Shown here piece by piece: positions 27,994 to 37,788 of a stretch of DNA of 60,283 nt. Each line of letters opens with the position of its first letter. Position 1 is the first letter of the stretch. The stretch lies in IMG/VR virus record IMGVR_UViG_3300017788_000995, positions 1 through 60,283 of that record. One strand, written 5' to 3'. This DNA comes from a virus. Taxonomy: Duplodnaviria; Caudoviricetes. The notes under the pieces were generated by a model that was not told the origin of the DNA, did no database searches, and saw nothing but the letters and a program-made list of their open reading frames with translations. The translations under genes and the position numbers were made by a program.

Positions 27994-29931
27994 TTAATTG
28001 CTTGATGTGAGATCAACAAGTTCGCACTTGTCTCCGCTGCACGCCAATGTTTGGGTTCCTGCGGTGTTATCTTCTTTCTCGTATTTGGCAAGACTCGTCC
28101 AATCAACATTGGTAGGAATCTTGGCTGCAAGCGATTCGTATTCGGCGACACCGCACTCTTGATACGGTGCTTGCTTGTATGTGTGATCGCTGTGCGGCAA
28201 GAAAGAGATGCCTGAAATCTTATCAAAGTGCCGATACACCCATGCTCCAACTTCCAACCATTCATGCTCTCGCACAGTAATGGTAACGCTAGGCTTGTGT
28301 TCGCACCAATTCTCCTGATACACCAACCACATCTCTAGTTGCTGAATGGCATTTAGATCATTGCGATACACACTCTTGGGAGACTTGATCGGGAAAGAGA
28401 ATACTGTGGTATGATCTGGCTTCATGTTGTCCAGTTCCCACGGGAATCCGAGGTCTTTCATAAACTTGCACAGCGGGTCTTTGTTGTCTGCACGAACAGT
28501 ACGAACATAGTACTCGCTGTGGCGAGCATGGATACCTGATGCAGAATCGGTGAGTTGAGATACAGTTCCGCTTGGCTTTACACAAGTAATTGACGCAGAC
28601 GGATTCACTCCAATCTTCTTGGCGTAATCTGCATTGACCTTTACCGCCAATGTACGAAGATCGGCAAGAGCAGACTTTAGTTCTTGAAGTCCTGCATCTC
28701 CGCGAGTCAGCGGACAGTCCATGATTCCTGTCATGGAAACTCCGAGCAGCGCCTCTTCTTCACAGTTCTTGCGCCACTCACTAGACAGATAGCGGAAGTC
28801 CACAAGAGTAGACTGCCATGTGCCAAGAATAGTTGCAAGGCGCACCTTGCGGGTGAGTGTTTCTACTGTGTCATTTTCTCGTACAATCACTTCGCTGAGA
28901 TTGCAGAACTCACGGTCGCGCAGAATGATCTCGCTGCAAGGATTTGTTCCGAACTCGTAGTTTGGATCACGGCGATCACCCAATTTCGCAACGGTCTTGC
29001 GAGTTGCTTCACGGTTAAAGATACCGCGCTCACCGCTCTTGCTCTTGTACAGAGAAACCCATTCGTCCATGAATGTGCCAATCTCTGGCTTCTCTTTGTA
29101 AGCAACAGAGTTGTTTGCAAGTGCGCGTTGCGGATTGCTCACCCACCATTGCCCTGTTTTTGCTTCGCGCATACGCTCATCTGTGAGATTAGATAGTGAA
29201 ATGAGAGCAGAACGGCGTACTCCACCAACCACAACAATCTCGGCAATCTTGCATACCAAATCGTGCGCTTCGATGCTTGTAAGTTTGCGTCCTGCTGCTG
29301 TCTTGAATGTTTCCACGGTGAAATGAAACAGATCATCAAGAGGACGAGGACCCGATGCGCGGCCTCCGAATGTCTTGAGTCTGGCTCCTGCGGGCCGTAC
29401 CTTTGTTAGATCCCACTTTGGAATCTGTCCACCGATCAACAAGGATACCAGTTCTTTGTAGGCCTTTGCCCAACCGATCTTGCTGTCTTCCACGATAATG
29501 GTAGTGTTGCTATTGGTAAATTCTTCTGCAATAGTAGGCAACTTCTCAACATACTGACGCTCTACAGAAAATCCAACACCAGTGCCACACATCAACACAT
29601 ACATGATTTCGTCAAACGCCCTGACACGATTCACGGCGACATACGAACAATTGTAGCCAGCAACATGATCTCTACGAAGTGCTTCTCCTGCGGTCATTAA
29701 ACACCGCATGGATGGCATGATATCAAGATTCAGTACAGCATCTCTCAACTCTTTTCGTAGTTCTACTGGAACTTTGTACTTGTAGTTCTCGCGCAGATGC
29801 TCGTCAAAGAAATTGAAATAGCGATCAACCGTTTCTTCCCATGTTTCGCGTTTTCCTTTATCATCCATCCATCGTGAGTAGCGAGAAAGATGAATGAAGT
29901 TCTGATATTCGGTAGGTAAAGAGTGACTCAT
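27994..29931 (-). CDS. nrdJ: Ribonucleotide reductase, class II (adenosylcobalamin-dependent) type
   Basis: YNCS, VVGGVRRSA, TNPCSEI, CVKPSGT, C-terminal CSGDKC. No ATP cone and no adjacent beta subunit. Confidence 0.85.
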   Translation of the reverse strand: MSHSLPTEYQNFIHLSRYSRWMDDKGKRETWEETVDRYFNFFDEHLRENYKYKVPVELRKELRDAVLNLDIMPSMRCLMTAGEALRRDHVAGYNCSYVAVNRVRAFDEIMYVLMCGTGVGFSVERQYVEKLPTIAEEFTNSNTTIIVEDSKIGWAKAYKELVSLLIGGQIPKWDLTKVRPAGARLKTFGGRASGPRPLDDLFHFTVETFKTAAGRKLTSIEAHDLVCKIAEIVVVGGVRRSALISLSNLTDERMREAKTGQWWVSNPQRALANNSVAYKEKPEIGTFMDEWVSLYKSKSGERGIFNREATRKTVAKLGDRRDPNYEFGTNPCSEIILRDREFCNLSEVIVRENDTVETLTRKVRLATILGTWQSTLVDFRYLSSEWRKNCEEEALLGVSMTGIMDCPLTRGDAGLQELKSALADLRTLAVKVNADYAKKIGVNPSASITCVKPSGTVSQLTDSASGIHARHSEYYVRTVRADNKDPLCKFMKDLGFPWELDNMKPDHTTVFSFPIKSPKSVYRNDLNAIQQLEMWLVYQENWCEHKPSVTITVREHEWLEVGAWVYRHFDKISGISFLPHSDHTYKQAPYQECGVAEYESLAAKIPTNVDWTSLAKYEKEDNTAGTQTLACSGDKCELVDLTSSN

Positions 29932-29993
29932 TAGGTTGTCTCCAAAATGTACTGGTGCTATAGTTATGTTGGATTACTTGTTCTTGTAAGAGA

Positions 29994-30716
29994 TTACTTT
30001 TTGCCTGTCAAGGCTTTCCATGACTCGGGAAACAACGATTGAATGATTGATCCTACTGCTTCTGCATATTGTCTAATTTCCCATTGTGCATGGGGATCTG
30101 TGCGTTGATTATAGAAACGGCCGTAAGCGGCAAGAGAACCTGTCCAGTACCACTCGGTGTAAGTTCCTTGTGGTAAAACAAATCTTGCTTGCTCAGGTGC
30201 GACTCCTTCTGATAGCAGAGTCTTATATGCGTCTAGCGCATCATCTATTAGATTCTGATACACTTGATCCAACAGCGTTCGATGTTGTAAAAAATCTTCG
30301 CTGCCTTGTTTGGCTCCATTACTCGGCGCGCCGCGCCACTTTGGAGAATAAATCTGTGGTATATCTTGCACATACCGCCTAGAGATTTCATTCTCTACAA
30401 ATCCTTGTTTGTGCTTGAAGAATTGAGTTCGGATCGAAATGGGTGCCTTGATTCGCAAAGTAATTTGCGGATGGGCGAATGGTGTCCAATGGTTATGCTT
30501 TGCGAGATACGAGATTAGTTTCTCATCTCTCTCTGCAAGAATACCATCTCCATTGGTATCAATATCTTCCCATTCGCTTTCTTTGCTGAAAGAAACTCTG
30601 GCAGAATTCACGACCGTTAGATCAGAACCCATGTAGTCCACAAGATGTACGAATCCGTGATCTAGTACAAATACTGCGTCAGTCGGTATCGTCTTCGAGT
30701 TTTTCCCATCCATCAT
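29994..30716 (-). CDS. thyX: FAD-dependent thymidylate synthase
   Basis: VNSARVSF, HWTPF.H, NEISRRY, EQARFVLP, AQWEI. Start moved to MMDGK. Confidence 0.92.
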   Translation of the reverse strand: MMDGKNSKTIPTDAVFVLDHGFVHLVDYMGSDLTVVNSARVSFSKESEWEDIDTNGDGILAERDEKLISYLAKHNHWTPFAHPQITLRIKAPISIRTQFFKHKQGFVENEISRRYVQDIPQIYSPKWRGAPSNGAKQGSEDFLQHRTLLDQVYQNLIDDALDAYKTLLSEGVAPEQARFVLPQGTYTEWYWTGSLAAYGRFYNQRTDPHAQWEIRQYAEAVGSIIQSLFPESWKALTGKK

Positions 30717-31032
30717 TATCACTTTCTTCATATTGTTCGTCTTCATCACCTTCATCACCTTCATCACCTTCATCTACTTCAAAGTATTCTACATTAGCAA
30801 TTACATCTTCACCTTCTGCTGTTTTCACATACTCAAAGGTTATACCATTAACCTCAGTAAAAGTCACGGCGTAATCCACCGCTTTTTTCCACAACTCAGG
30901 ATTCATTTCTTTAATGTACTCAGAGAACTTGCAGTTGAACTGCAACATTGCCCAAGCCAGCGCGCCTTGCGTTTCAGGAGGAAGATCGTTTCCATCTTGG
31001 AAGATATCATCGTTATTATTTTCTTCGGTCAT
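30679..31032 (-). CDS. Acidic hypothetical protein
   Basis: ATGA overlap with the primase stop; D/E-rich tail. Confidence 0.7.
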   Translation of the reverse strand: MTEENNNDDIFQDGNDLPPETQGALAWAMLQFNCKFSEYIKEMNPELWKKAVDYAVTFTEVNGITFEYVKTAEGEDVIANVEYFEVDEGDEGDEGDEDEQYEESDNDGWEKLEDDTD

Positions 31033-32048
31033 ATCCGCCTCCATCTGTTAAGGTTTACTCTTGCCGAAAGACCTCTATATGTATGGTTGTCTACCATCTG
31101 ACGGATACTTTCCGCAGAGCGCGTTCCTAACATCTCATTTATGTCTTTTTCCGAGATTCCGTCAGGCCATATGCATACCTGTTTACCTGATTCGATCAGT
31201 TCTTCGTTGTATTCCACAATCTGTTTGTTACGCGGTTCGTTGTCAAGCACGAACACCAAATCGCTATGAGCAAGAAAGTCGGGCAAGTCATCGCTGGCGT
31301 TTGCTCCAACCATTGCAATGGCATTTGGAAGTATCATGCTGTCGAGCGGCCCTTCCACGACATAGACTCTCTGTGTAGCATCTACCTTCCACAATCCATA
31401 CCACAGTTTTTCTTGTCCCTTTGGCTTCAGAGTGATGTACCGCAGAGATTCCCGTTGGTTCATGGTTCTTCCTTGAACCCCAATGAAATTACCGCTGCGA
31501 TCAAAGAACGGAATCACGATGCGTGGATCTTCTCTGCGAGTGTTTGGAAAGTACTCAGGATCAATCTTCTTACCAACTTTAGTAAAGTCATGGGCATACA
31601 TGAGTTCAGCAAGACAAGACTTGGGAAGTCCTCTGCCTAAAATATACTGTACTGCTTCGTGCTGATCGCTCAACTCCACAAGACGAGGCAATCCTTCCAA
31701 CGGATTTACCTTGCGTTTCTTGGGGAGTTGTGTCTTGGAAACAACAGGAACAGATTGTTCGTTTGGTTGTCCGCTTCTCTCTTTGAAAGACTCCAATGCA
31801 TACTCTCTCGCCAGCGATGGAGCAACCTGCTTTAGAATCGTATGCACTCCGCAAGACACCCCGCAGTTATGACACTTGTATACCCATCGGTCTTTGAACG
31901 GAAAGAAGTATCCACGCGCCTTGGACTTGTTCTTGTCTGAGTCTCCGCAAAACGGACACCGACAGTTAGCCAGCGTTTCTTTCTTCCACACAAAGCGTTC
32001 AAGCGAACTTGAAATGTATCCGATGTACTTCTTGTCTACGAAACTCAT
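31029..32048 (-). CDS. gp61: DNA primase
   Basis: RCPFCGDS...KARG...CHNCG zinc finger; VEGPLDS and DNEPRN TOPRIM motifs. Confidence 0.95.
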   Translation of the reverse strand: MSFVDKKYIGYISSSLERFVWKKETLANCRCPFCGDSDKNKSKARGYFFPFKDRWVYKCHNCGVSCGVHTILKQVAPSLAREYALESFKERSGQPNEQSVPVVSKTQLPKKRKVNPLEGLPRLVELSDQHEAVQYILGRGLPKSCLAELMYAHDFTKVGKKIDPEYFPNTRREDPRIVIPFFDRSGNFIGVQGRTMNQRESLRYITLKPKGQEKLWYGLWKVDATQRVYVVEGPLDSMILPNAIAMVGANASDDLPDFLAHSDLVFVLDNEPRNKQIVEYNEELIESGKQVCIWPDGISEKDINEMLGTRSAESIRQMVDNHTYRGLSARVNLNRWRRI

Positions 32049-32094
32049 TGGAAATGCTCAAAAAGGACTGGGTTGACAGCGAATTCGCGCCGAG

Positions 32095-33516
32095 TCAAAT
32101 CTTCCATTTCTCAAACTTCTTACCTTCAAACTTGCGACTGTAAGACTTGCCATCGTAGCCAGACCCGTATCCACTAGATTCATCGTCATCTTCTTCAGAC
32201 GACTGACCCGTATCAACCAAAGAATCTTGTGCTGATTGCTCTACATCGTAGAACTTCATTTTGCCACGATCTACCCCCATAACAAACTTCTTGTTGGTGT
32301 TCTCGTCTCCGTATCTGTTCTTGAGTTGCTTCACTAGCACCTGATTCAGAGAGTCTAGTTGTTCGGTGCGAATCACGGCAAACATGAAATCGGCGGTTGC
32401 TGGCAAACCAAATGATTCTGAGGTATTTTCAAGTCCAACATCGCTGTTGTTGAATCCGCCGCGGTTTGTCTGTGTTGCTGAGAAGATGGGAACATCGTAT
32501 TCTACAGCAAGACCGCGCAACTCTTCTGCAATCGCCTTGATGTAAACATAGGTGTTCACATTAGAGTTCATCTTGACACGAGAACTGGCACAGATGTTCA
32601 GATAGTCCACAAAGATGATGTCTGGCACAAACTTCTTCTTGATCTTGAGTTCATGCAGCAGATGACGAAAGTGGGCAACCGTTGCAGTTGCAGTCGGATA
32701 CTCCTTGATAATCAAATTTCCGCGCACCGATCCAACCGCTCTGGCTAGACGCTTATCGTAGGTTTCTTTTGGCAAGTCTTTCAGTTCATCAAGCGCCGTA
32801 TCCATGAGATTAGCGTCAATGCGCTCTGCAATACGCTCTTCTGCCATCTCACAGGTGATATACAGCACATTCTTGTTTGCTGTGAGGCAGGCTGCTGCAT
32901 GGTGACACATGAACATGGACTTACCTACCCCTGTTCCTGCCATCACGATGTTCAGCGTTTTGCGTGGAACACCACCCTTAGTGATCTTGTTGAAGAACTC
33001 CAAATCAAACGGCATCTTCTCTTGGGCACGGTGATAGAACTCGTACCGCTTGTCGGCATCTGCCATGTAATCGTGGCCGACTGCGGTATCAAAAGACACC
33101 GCGAGAGCATCCGATAGCAATTGTGGAATGGCGTTCTTGGTGTAGTTCTTGTCTTTGCCATCTAGAATCTGAATTGAAGCAAGCACAGCGTTGTAAACTG
33201 CCTTGTCTTTACAGAACTTCTCTGCGGTATCAATCAGCCATTTCAGATCGGTGTCTTCGTCCAAGCCAAACACTTCATTGATGAGAGAGACACATTGCTT
33301 GTGTTCGTCGCCATTCAAGCGAGAGTCATCCAAGCAAATGACCAATGCTTCTTTGGTCGGTTGAGCATTATAGGTGTCTACGAAGTTTTTGATGCAGCGA
33401 TAAACAACTTGCTCTGGCTTGGTACTGAAGTACTCCTCTCGCGTGAAAGGCAGCACAGCACGAACAAACTCTTCTCTAGTAGCCAATGCACCTAGTATGA
33501 TCTTCTCAGTTTGCAA
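32095..33516 (-). CDS. gp41: Replicative DNA helicase (DnaB-like)
   Basis: AGTGVGKS, EMAEERIAERIDAN, IKEYPT, VDYLNI, SESFGLPATAD. Confidence 0.95.
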   Translation of the reverse strand: MQTEKIILGALATREEFVRAVLPFTREEYFSTKPEQVVYRCIKNFVDTYNAQPTKEALVICLDDSRLNGDEHKQCVSLINEVFGLDEDTDLKWLIDTAEKFCKDKAVYNAVLASIQILDGKDKNYTKNAIPQLLSDALAVSFDTAVGHDYMADADKRYEFYHRAQEKMPFDLEFFNKITKGGVPRKTLNIVMAGTGVGKSMFMCHHAAACLTANKNVLYITCEMAEERIAERIDANLMDTALDELKDLPKETYDKRLARAVGSVRGNLIIKEYPTATATVAHFRHLLHELKIKKKFVPDIIFVDYLNICASSRVKMNSNVNTYVYIKAIAEELRGLAVEYDVPIFSATQTNRGGFNNSDVGLENTSESFGLPATADFMFAVIRTEQLDSLNQVLVKQLKNRYGDENTNKKFVMGVDRGKMKFYDVEQSAQDSLVDTGQSSEEDDDESSGYGSGYDGKSYSRKFEGKKFEKWKI

Positions 33517-33922
33517 GGTATCCTAACTCATTCTGTGACATGATTGGAATAGAATCTGCACCATTGTTCAAGTTGTAATCCATGATGTCTACAAGTATAT
33601 CACCGATGTATTGCAAGAATCGCTGCGAGTCAGCGGTCTTGAATCCGCCTGGGTTTTCAACAATATAGTACTCGAAACTCACACGAACACAATCATCTTC
33701 TTCCAAAAGTCGTGTGCGTCCGTAGTGATAAATCACACCTGCCCATTCTCCGTTTTCAAGGCGGATGGGAGTGAAAGGCGCCATCCTGTTTAGAAGGATG
33801 GTATACTGCTTTCCGTTTACCTCGCGTACAATCTCAGATTGGTTCGCTCTTGGCTGGAAGTTGGTTACTGTTTCCGTCTTCTCTTGATTCGGAAAGAAGC
33901 CGAGGAGAGGTTGTGTCTCCAT
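33506..33922 (-). CDS. Conserved T4-like protein between uvsX and gp41 (gp40 position); start uncertain
   Basis: GVIYHYG...SFEY.I...F...IGDILV.I; gene order; overlaps the 3' end of uvsX. Confidence 0.6.
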   Translation of the reverse strand: METQPLLGFFPNQEKTETVTNFQPRANQSEIVREVNGKQYTILLNRMAPFTPIRLENGEWAGVIYHYGRTRLLEEDDCVRVSFEYYIVENPGGFKTADSQRFLQYIGDILVDIMDYNLNNGADSIPIMSQNELGYLAN

Positions 33923-34982
33923 CGTCAGCATCCCTTTCAACCGAAGAACCATATTTGAAATGCAACGCCACCATCTTTTCCAATTCATCCATTACCTCTT
34001 TCGTAAAGTACTTCTCAGGGTTTTCATTGATGTTCTTCTCGAAAGCCTTGCTTCCATCAGGCAATTCAATGCGTGTGGAAACCTTCTTGAAGATTCCAAA
34101 CTCTAACGCCAAGTCTAGCAAACCATAATACGGATTCAGTCCGCTATCGTAAGACACAAGCACATCTACCTTAGAATTCTCTTTGGTCAAACGGGACTTG
34201 TACAGTTTGCAATGAATGATGTTGCCGATCACCGTATTATCGGCGTCCTTCACCTTCTTCTTGCTGAGATATACGATGGTGGATGCAGCATACTTGAGTC
34301 CACTTCCACCCCCCATTTCCTTTGTAGGAATATACGCACCAACCACATCATATGTGTGATTGGTCATAACTAGCGGAATACCTGCTGCGCCTAACTTCAA
34401 AGTCAGAGTTCTGAAAGTTGCCTTTACCACCTGTGCGCGTGTCATATCGCGCACATCTTTGCCTGATGCTGTGTCTTCCACTTCTTTCTTAGTAGAAAGC
34501 ATTCCAAGCGAATCAAGAACCATCATCATGGGTCGTTGATTTGCCTTAGGCAGAGAACGATAGTTGTCAACAATCTGAATGGCTTGATGCCTAAACTCTT
34601 CTACTGTACCTACAGGAAACACGGCGACACGCTTTGGATCAACCCCTCGCGTTGTGAACATATCAGTAGTTACTGCTTGCTCAGAATCAAAGTATAGAAC
34701 CACTCCATCAGGATTGTCTGCCAAGAACTTGGAAACAATTCCGAGTGTGAAGAAGGTCTTTCCTGTGGCACTCTCGCCTGCAAGTGCAATGATCTTGTTA
34801 TCGGGAATACCACCGTACAGACTTCCACTCAACAGCGCATTGAAAGCATACGAACCTGTGTCGAGAAATCCGCTGATCTCTCCGCTGAGTCCTTCTTCGA
34901 TAACTCCAGCCAGTTCATTGCCTGATAGTTTCACCATGTTTCGCAGAAAATCACCACCACCAGTTTGCTTTGGAACGCTCAT
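33834..34982 (-). CDS. uvsX: RecA-like recombinase
   Basis: [42 protein letters not shown]. Confidence 0.95.
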   Translation of the reverse strand: MSVPKQTGGGDFLRNMVKLSGNELAGVIEEGLSGEISGFLDTGSYAFNALLSGSLYGGIPDNKIIALAGESATGKTFFTLGIVSKFLADNPDGVVLYFDSEQAVTTDMFTTRGVDPKRVAVFPVGTVEEFRHQAIQIVDNYRSLPKANQRPMMMVLDSLGMLSTKKEVEDTASGKDVRDMTRAQVVKATFRTLTLKLGAAGIPLVMTNHTYDVVGAYIPTKEMGGGSGLKYAASTIVYLSKKKVKDADNTVIGNIIHCKLYKSRLTKENSKVDVLVSYDSGLNPYYGLLDLALEFGIFKKVSTRIELPDGSKAFEKNINENPEKYFTKEVMDELEKMVALHFKYGSSVERDADDGDTTSPRLLSESREDGNSNQLPAKSEPI

Positions 34983-35239
34983 GCTGTTTCTCCTGTCTGT
35001 TTGAGTTCTTGAATACTAAGTTTAAGTCGTACACCGTCTTCAACCGCCTGATTGAAGCGATCAATGTTTGATGTTTTGGAGTTTAGAAGTTCCTTCACCA
35101 ATGCTTTATTTGCTACCGATGCACTCTCCAATGTATGTAGAATGAAATCGTGTGCGTTCTGTGTTAAACGAACACAGCGAGTTGGATTGTTGTTCCAATC
35201 CTTTGCCCATTCAAAGTTTGAGTCAAGGTTTGGCATCAT
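34979..35239 (-). CDS. Hypothetical protein
   Basis: ATGA overlaps at both ends. Confidence 0.65.
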   Translation of the reverse strand: MMPNLDSNFEWAKDWNNNPTRCVRLTQNAHDFILHTLESASVANKALVKELLNSKTSNIDRFNQAVEDGVRLKLSIQELKQTGETA

Positions 35240-36453
35240 TCCATTAGGTTCTCCAACGAAGCAGGCTTAGACTCAAGCACTTCGCTGAGTCTTCTATCTG
35301 CAATCTTACAGTAGTCTGCATTCAAGTCAATACCAATAAACTTGCAGTCTTCCAACAAAGCACCTTTACCCGTGCTGCCGCTGCCCATGAATGGATCAAG
35401 AACAGTTCCTCCCTTGGCGCACACTAGACGCACAAGATGGCGCATGAGTTCTGTTGGCTTTACAGTTGGGTGATCGTTTCCTTCTCCACGATCCGCCTTG
35501 GATATCTTGGCACAATAGAAGAAGCGAGCGGCGGAGCCAATTGACTCATCGCTGCCGCTAGTTTGGCATTTGGTGGGGTTGCCGTTGTTGTTGAAGGGCC
35601 GGGCACCCGCCGTGCGATTCCATGTTCCGCCCTTTACATTGTTCGGGAACATCTCCACCACCTCGTCGCTGCCGTCGTGGATCAGGTTCGCGGGCCAGCG
35701 GCCTTGTGTTGGCATCTCTCGCTTGATGGCTTTCTCTTTGTCGTGGATACCTGCTGCGAACGGACTGCCCCCAACGTAATTCGTTCCCTGATACCCTCGT
35801 TTGTTTGCATCATTCACCCAATCAGCCTCCACCCTGCACCCGTCCACATTGATCGCACCCGTGCCGTACTTCTGCACATTCTCTGCTACAGTTCCTTCTA
35901 ATGGCTTTCGCGCCATGCAAATGGGTTCGCACGATGGCTTCAACGCCGTTCCCCATCCTTCCCATTGCTTTGCTGCATCAGTTGTTGCCTTGGTAACAGG
36001 AATCTCAGCGCCTTTCTGAACAATTCCCACACCACCACGCGCAAATCCACCGTGTCCCTGATTGTCTTCCACGGTGACGCCACGGGAGTATCCGACAACT
36101 TCTCGCTCGGCTCCTGCTGCCTTGTCGATTGCTTTGCTGACATCAAGTGACTTGGGAAAGGTCTTGCTGCTGACCCATGTAACGATATCGCGTACTTCCC
36201 ATCCCGCATCTTCAATCGCGGCAGCAAGTCGATGGTATGTACGAGTTCCGCTGAATGCAAGCAGATACGCTCCTGGCTTGGCAACTCTAAGTGCTTCAAC
36301 CCAAAAGTCTTTACCAGGCACACCGCGATCCCATTCATTGCCCATGAACTCTATGCCATACGGAGGATCACATACAATAGCATCCACGCTGTTCGCGGGA
36401 AGTTTATGCATTTCATCCAAGCAGTTGCCGTTAATTATAGTAAAGTCGCTCAT
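35236..36453 (-). CDS. Beta-class N6A/N4C DNA methyltransferase (downstream copy)
   Basis: CDPPY (motif IV) N-terminal; HPTVKP and LDPFMGSGST (motif I) C-terminal. Confidence 0.92.
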   Translation of the reverse strand: MSDFTIINGNCLDEMHKLPANSVDAIVCDPPYGIEFMGNEWDRGVPGKDFWVEALRVAKPGAYLLAFSGTRTYHRLAAAIEDAGWEVRDIVTWVSSKTFPKSLDVSKAIDKAAGAEREVVGYSRGVTVEDNQGHGGFARGGVGIVQKGAEIPVTKATTDAAKQWEGWGTALKPSCEPICMARKPLEGTVAENVQKYGTGAINVDGCRVEADWVNDANKRGYQGTNYVGGSPFAAGIHDKEKAIKREMPTQGRWPANLIHDGSDEVVEMFPNNVKGGTWNRTAGARPFNNNGNPTKCQTSGSDESIGSAARFFYCAKISKADRGEGNDHPTVKPTELMRHLVRLVCAKGGTVLDPFMGSGSTGKGALLEDCKFIGIDLNADYCKIADRRLSEVLESKPASLENLME

Positions 36454-37788
36454 CCGAATAAACCCTCCAATGAAACAGGCTTAGACTTCACAACATATGT
36501 GAGTCGTTTGTCTGCAATCTTACAGTAGTCTGCATTCAAGTCAATACCAATGAACTTGCAGTCTTCCAACAAAGCACCTTTACCCGTGCTGCCGCTGCCC
36601 ATGAACGGGTCGAGGACCACGCCGCCGGGCGGGCAGACGAGGCGGCAGAGGTAGCGCATCAGATCGGTGGGCTTGACGGTGGGATGATGGTTGCGGCGGT
36701 AAATGCGCGCCTTCTCTCCCGTGTAGACAATCTTGCACCCGCAAGCGTATGTATTCTCTCCGCTCTTATTGCTTTCGCCGTGTTCAGGGCATCTACCCGC
36801 CTTGCCTTGCGAAAACTCGATTGAGCCACGCTCCTCCAGCCCCTCGCACCCCTCATCGCGGTCGCGCTTGTTCGCCTTCGCGCAGTAGAAGAAGCGAGCG
36901 GCGGAACCTGCGCCTCCGTAGCCAAGATGCGGAAAGGTTCTTTTCACGCCTTGTTGAAAACATCCAACTTTGTCGGTGCCGCCCGCCCACCCATCCTTTG
37001 ACTGCGGAAACAGGCCCTCCACCTCATCGCTGCCGTCGTGGATCAGGTTCGCCGGCCAGCGGCCAGCGGGAGATCCCGGCTGCCAGCCATCGCCCGACTC
37101 ATAGCCGCTAGCGAACCCGCTTGCCCCGCGTGCGCCGCCGCCAAACCTATCCTCCGTCCCCACCCTGCACCCGTCCACATTGATCGCACCCGTGCCGTAC
37201 TTCTGCACATTCTCCGCGACCGTGCCGATCAGCGGCTTGCGAGCGACAGTGATCGGCTCCATCGCAGGCTTGAGCGCGGTTCCCCATCCCGCCCATTGCT
37301 TTGCTGCATCGGTGGCGGGGACGGTCAGATTACTGCCTCCAACGCCACCCTGTAATCCGTAATCCGCCATTCCATTGTTCCTGCACTCTCGGTCGTTCGG
37401 ATTCTTTCCCACCACCTCGCGTTCCGCTCCCGCCGCCTTGTCAAACGCCTTGCTTACATCCAACGACTTCGGGAAGCCGCTGCCGTACACCCACGCGATC
37501 ATGTCGCGGATGTCGAAGCCTGCATCTTCGATGTTGACCGCCATGCGGTGTTGCGTGCGCGTACCCGCGAACGCGAGCAGATGTCCGCCTGGCTTCAGTA
37601 CGCGCAGGCATTCGCGCCACACATCAACGCTCGGCACCTCGTAATCCCATTTATTGCCCATGAACTCTATGCCATACGGAGGATCACATACAATAGCATC
37701 CACGCTGTTCGCGGGAAGTTTACGCATTTCATCCAAACAGTTACCGTTAATTATAGTAAAGTCGCTCATCCGAATAAACCCTCCAATG
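36328..37788. repeat. 145-bp direct repeats (36328-36472 and 37644-37788) spanning the upstream gene end and the MTase start
   Basis: Near-identical sequence with about 4 mismatches. A second 95-bp pair lies at 35297-35391 and 36511-36605. Confidence 0.9.
36450..37769 (-). CDS. Beta-class N6A/N4C DNA methyltransferase (upstream copy)
   Basis: Same motifs as the downstream copy. Start moved to MSDFT at 37769 (ATGA overlap with the gp43 stop). Confidence 0.92.
   Translation of the reverse strand: MSDFTIINGNCLDEMRKLPANSVDAIVCDPPYGIEFMGNKWDYEVPSVDVWRECLRVLKPGGHLLAFAGTRTQHRMAVNIEDAGFDIRDMIAWVYGSGFPKSLDVSKAFDKAAGAEREVVGKNPNDRECRNNGMADYGLQGGVGGSNLTVPATDAAKQWAGWGTALKPAMEPITVARKPLIGTVAENVQKYGTGAINVDGCRVGTEDRFGGGARGASGFASGYESGDGWQPGSPAGRWPANLIHDGSDEVEGLFPQSKDGWAGGTDKVGCFQQGVKRTFPHLGYGGAGSAARFFYCAKANKRDRDEGCEGLEERGSIEFSQGKAGRCPEHGESNKSGENTYACGCKIVYTGEKARIYRRNHHPTVKPTDLMRYLCRLVCPPGGVVLDPFMGSGSTGKGALLEDCKFIGIDLNADYCKIADKRLTYVVKSKPVSLEGLFG

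Noticed and set aside
30716-30773. MKVMKVMKVMK N-terminal extension of ThyX
   Set aside because: It is the alternative frame of a 9-bp repeat encoding DEGDEGDEGDE in the upstream acidic gene. The real start is near 30716.
33834-33988. Long uvsX/gp40-position overlap as a programmed frameshift
   Set aside because: No slippery site was seen. An uncertain start and a variable uvsX tail explain it.
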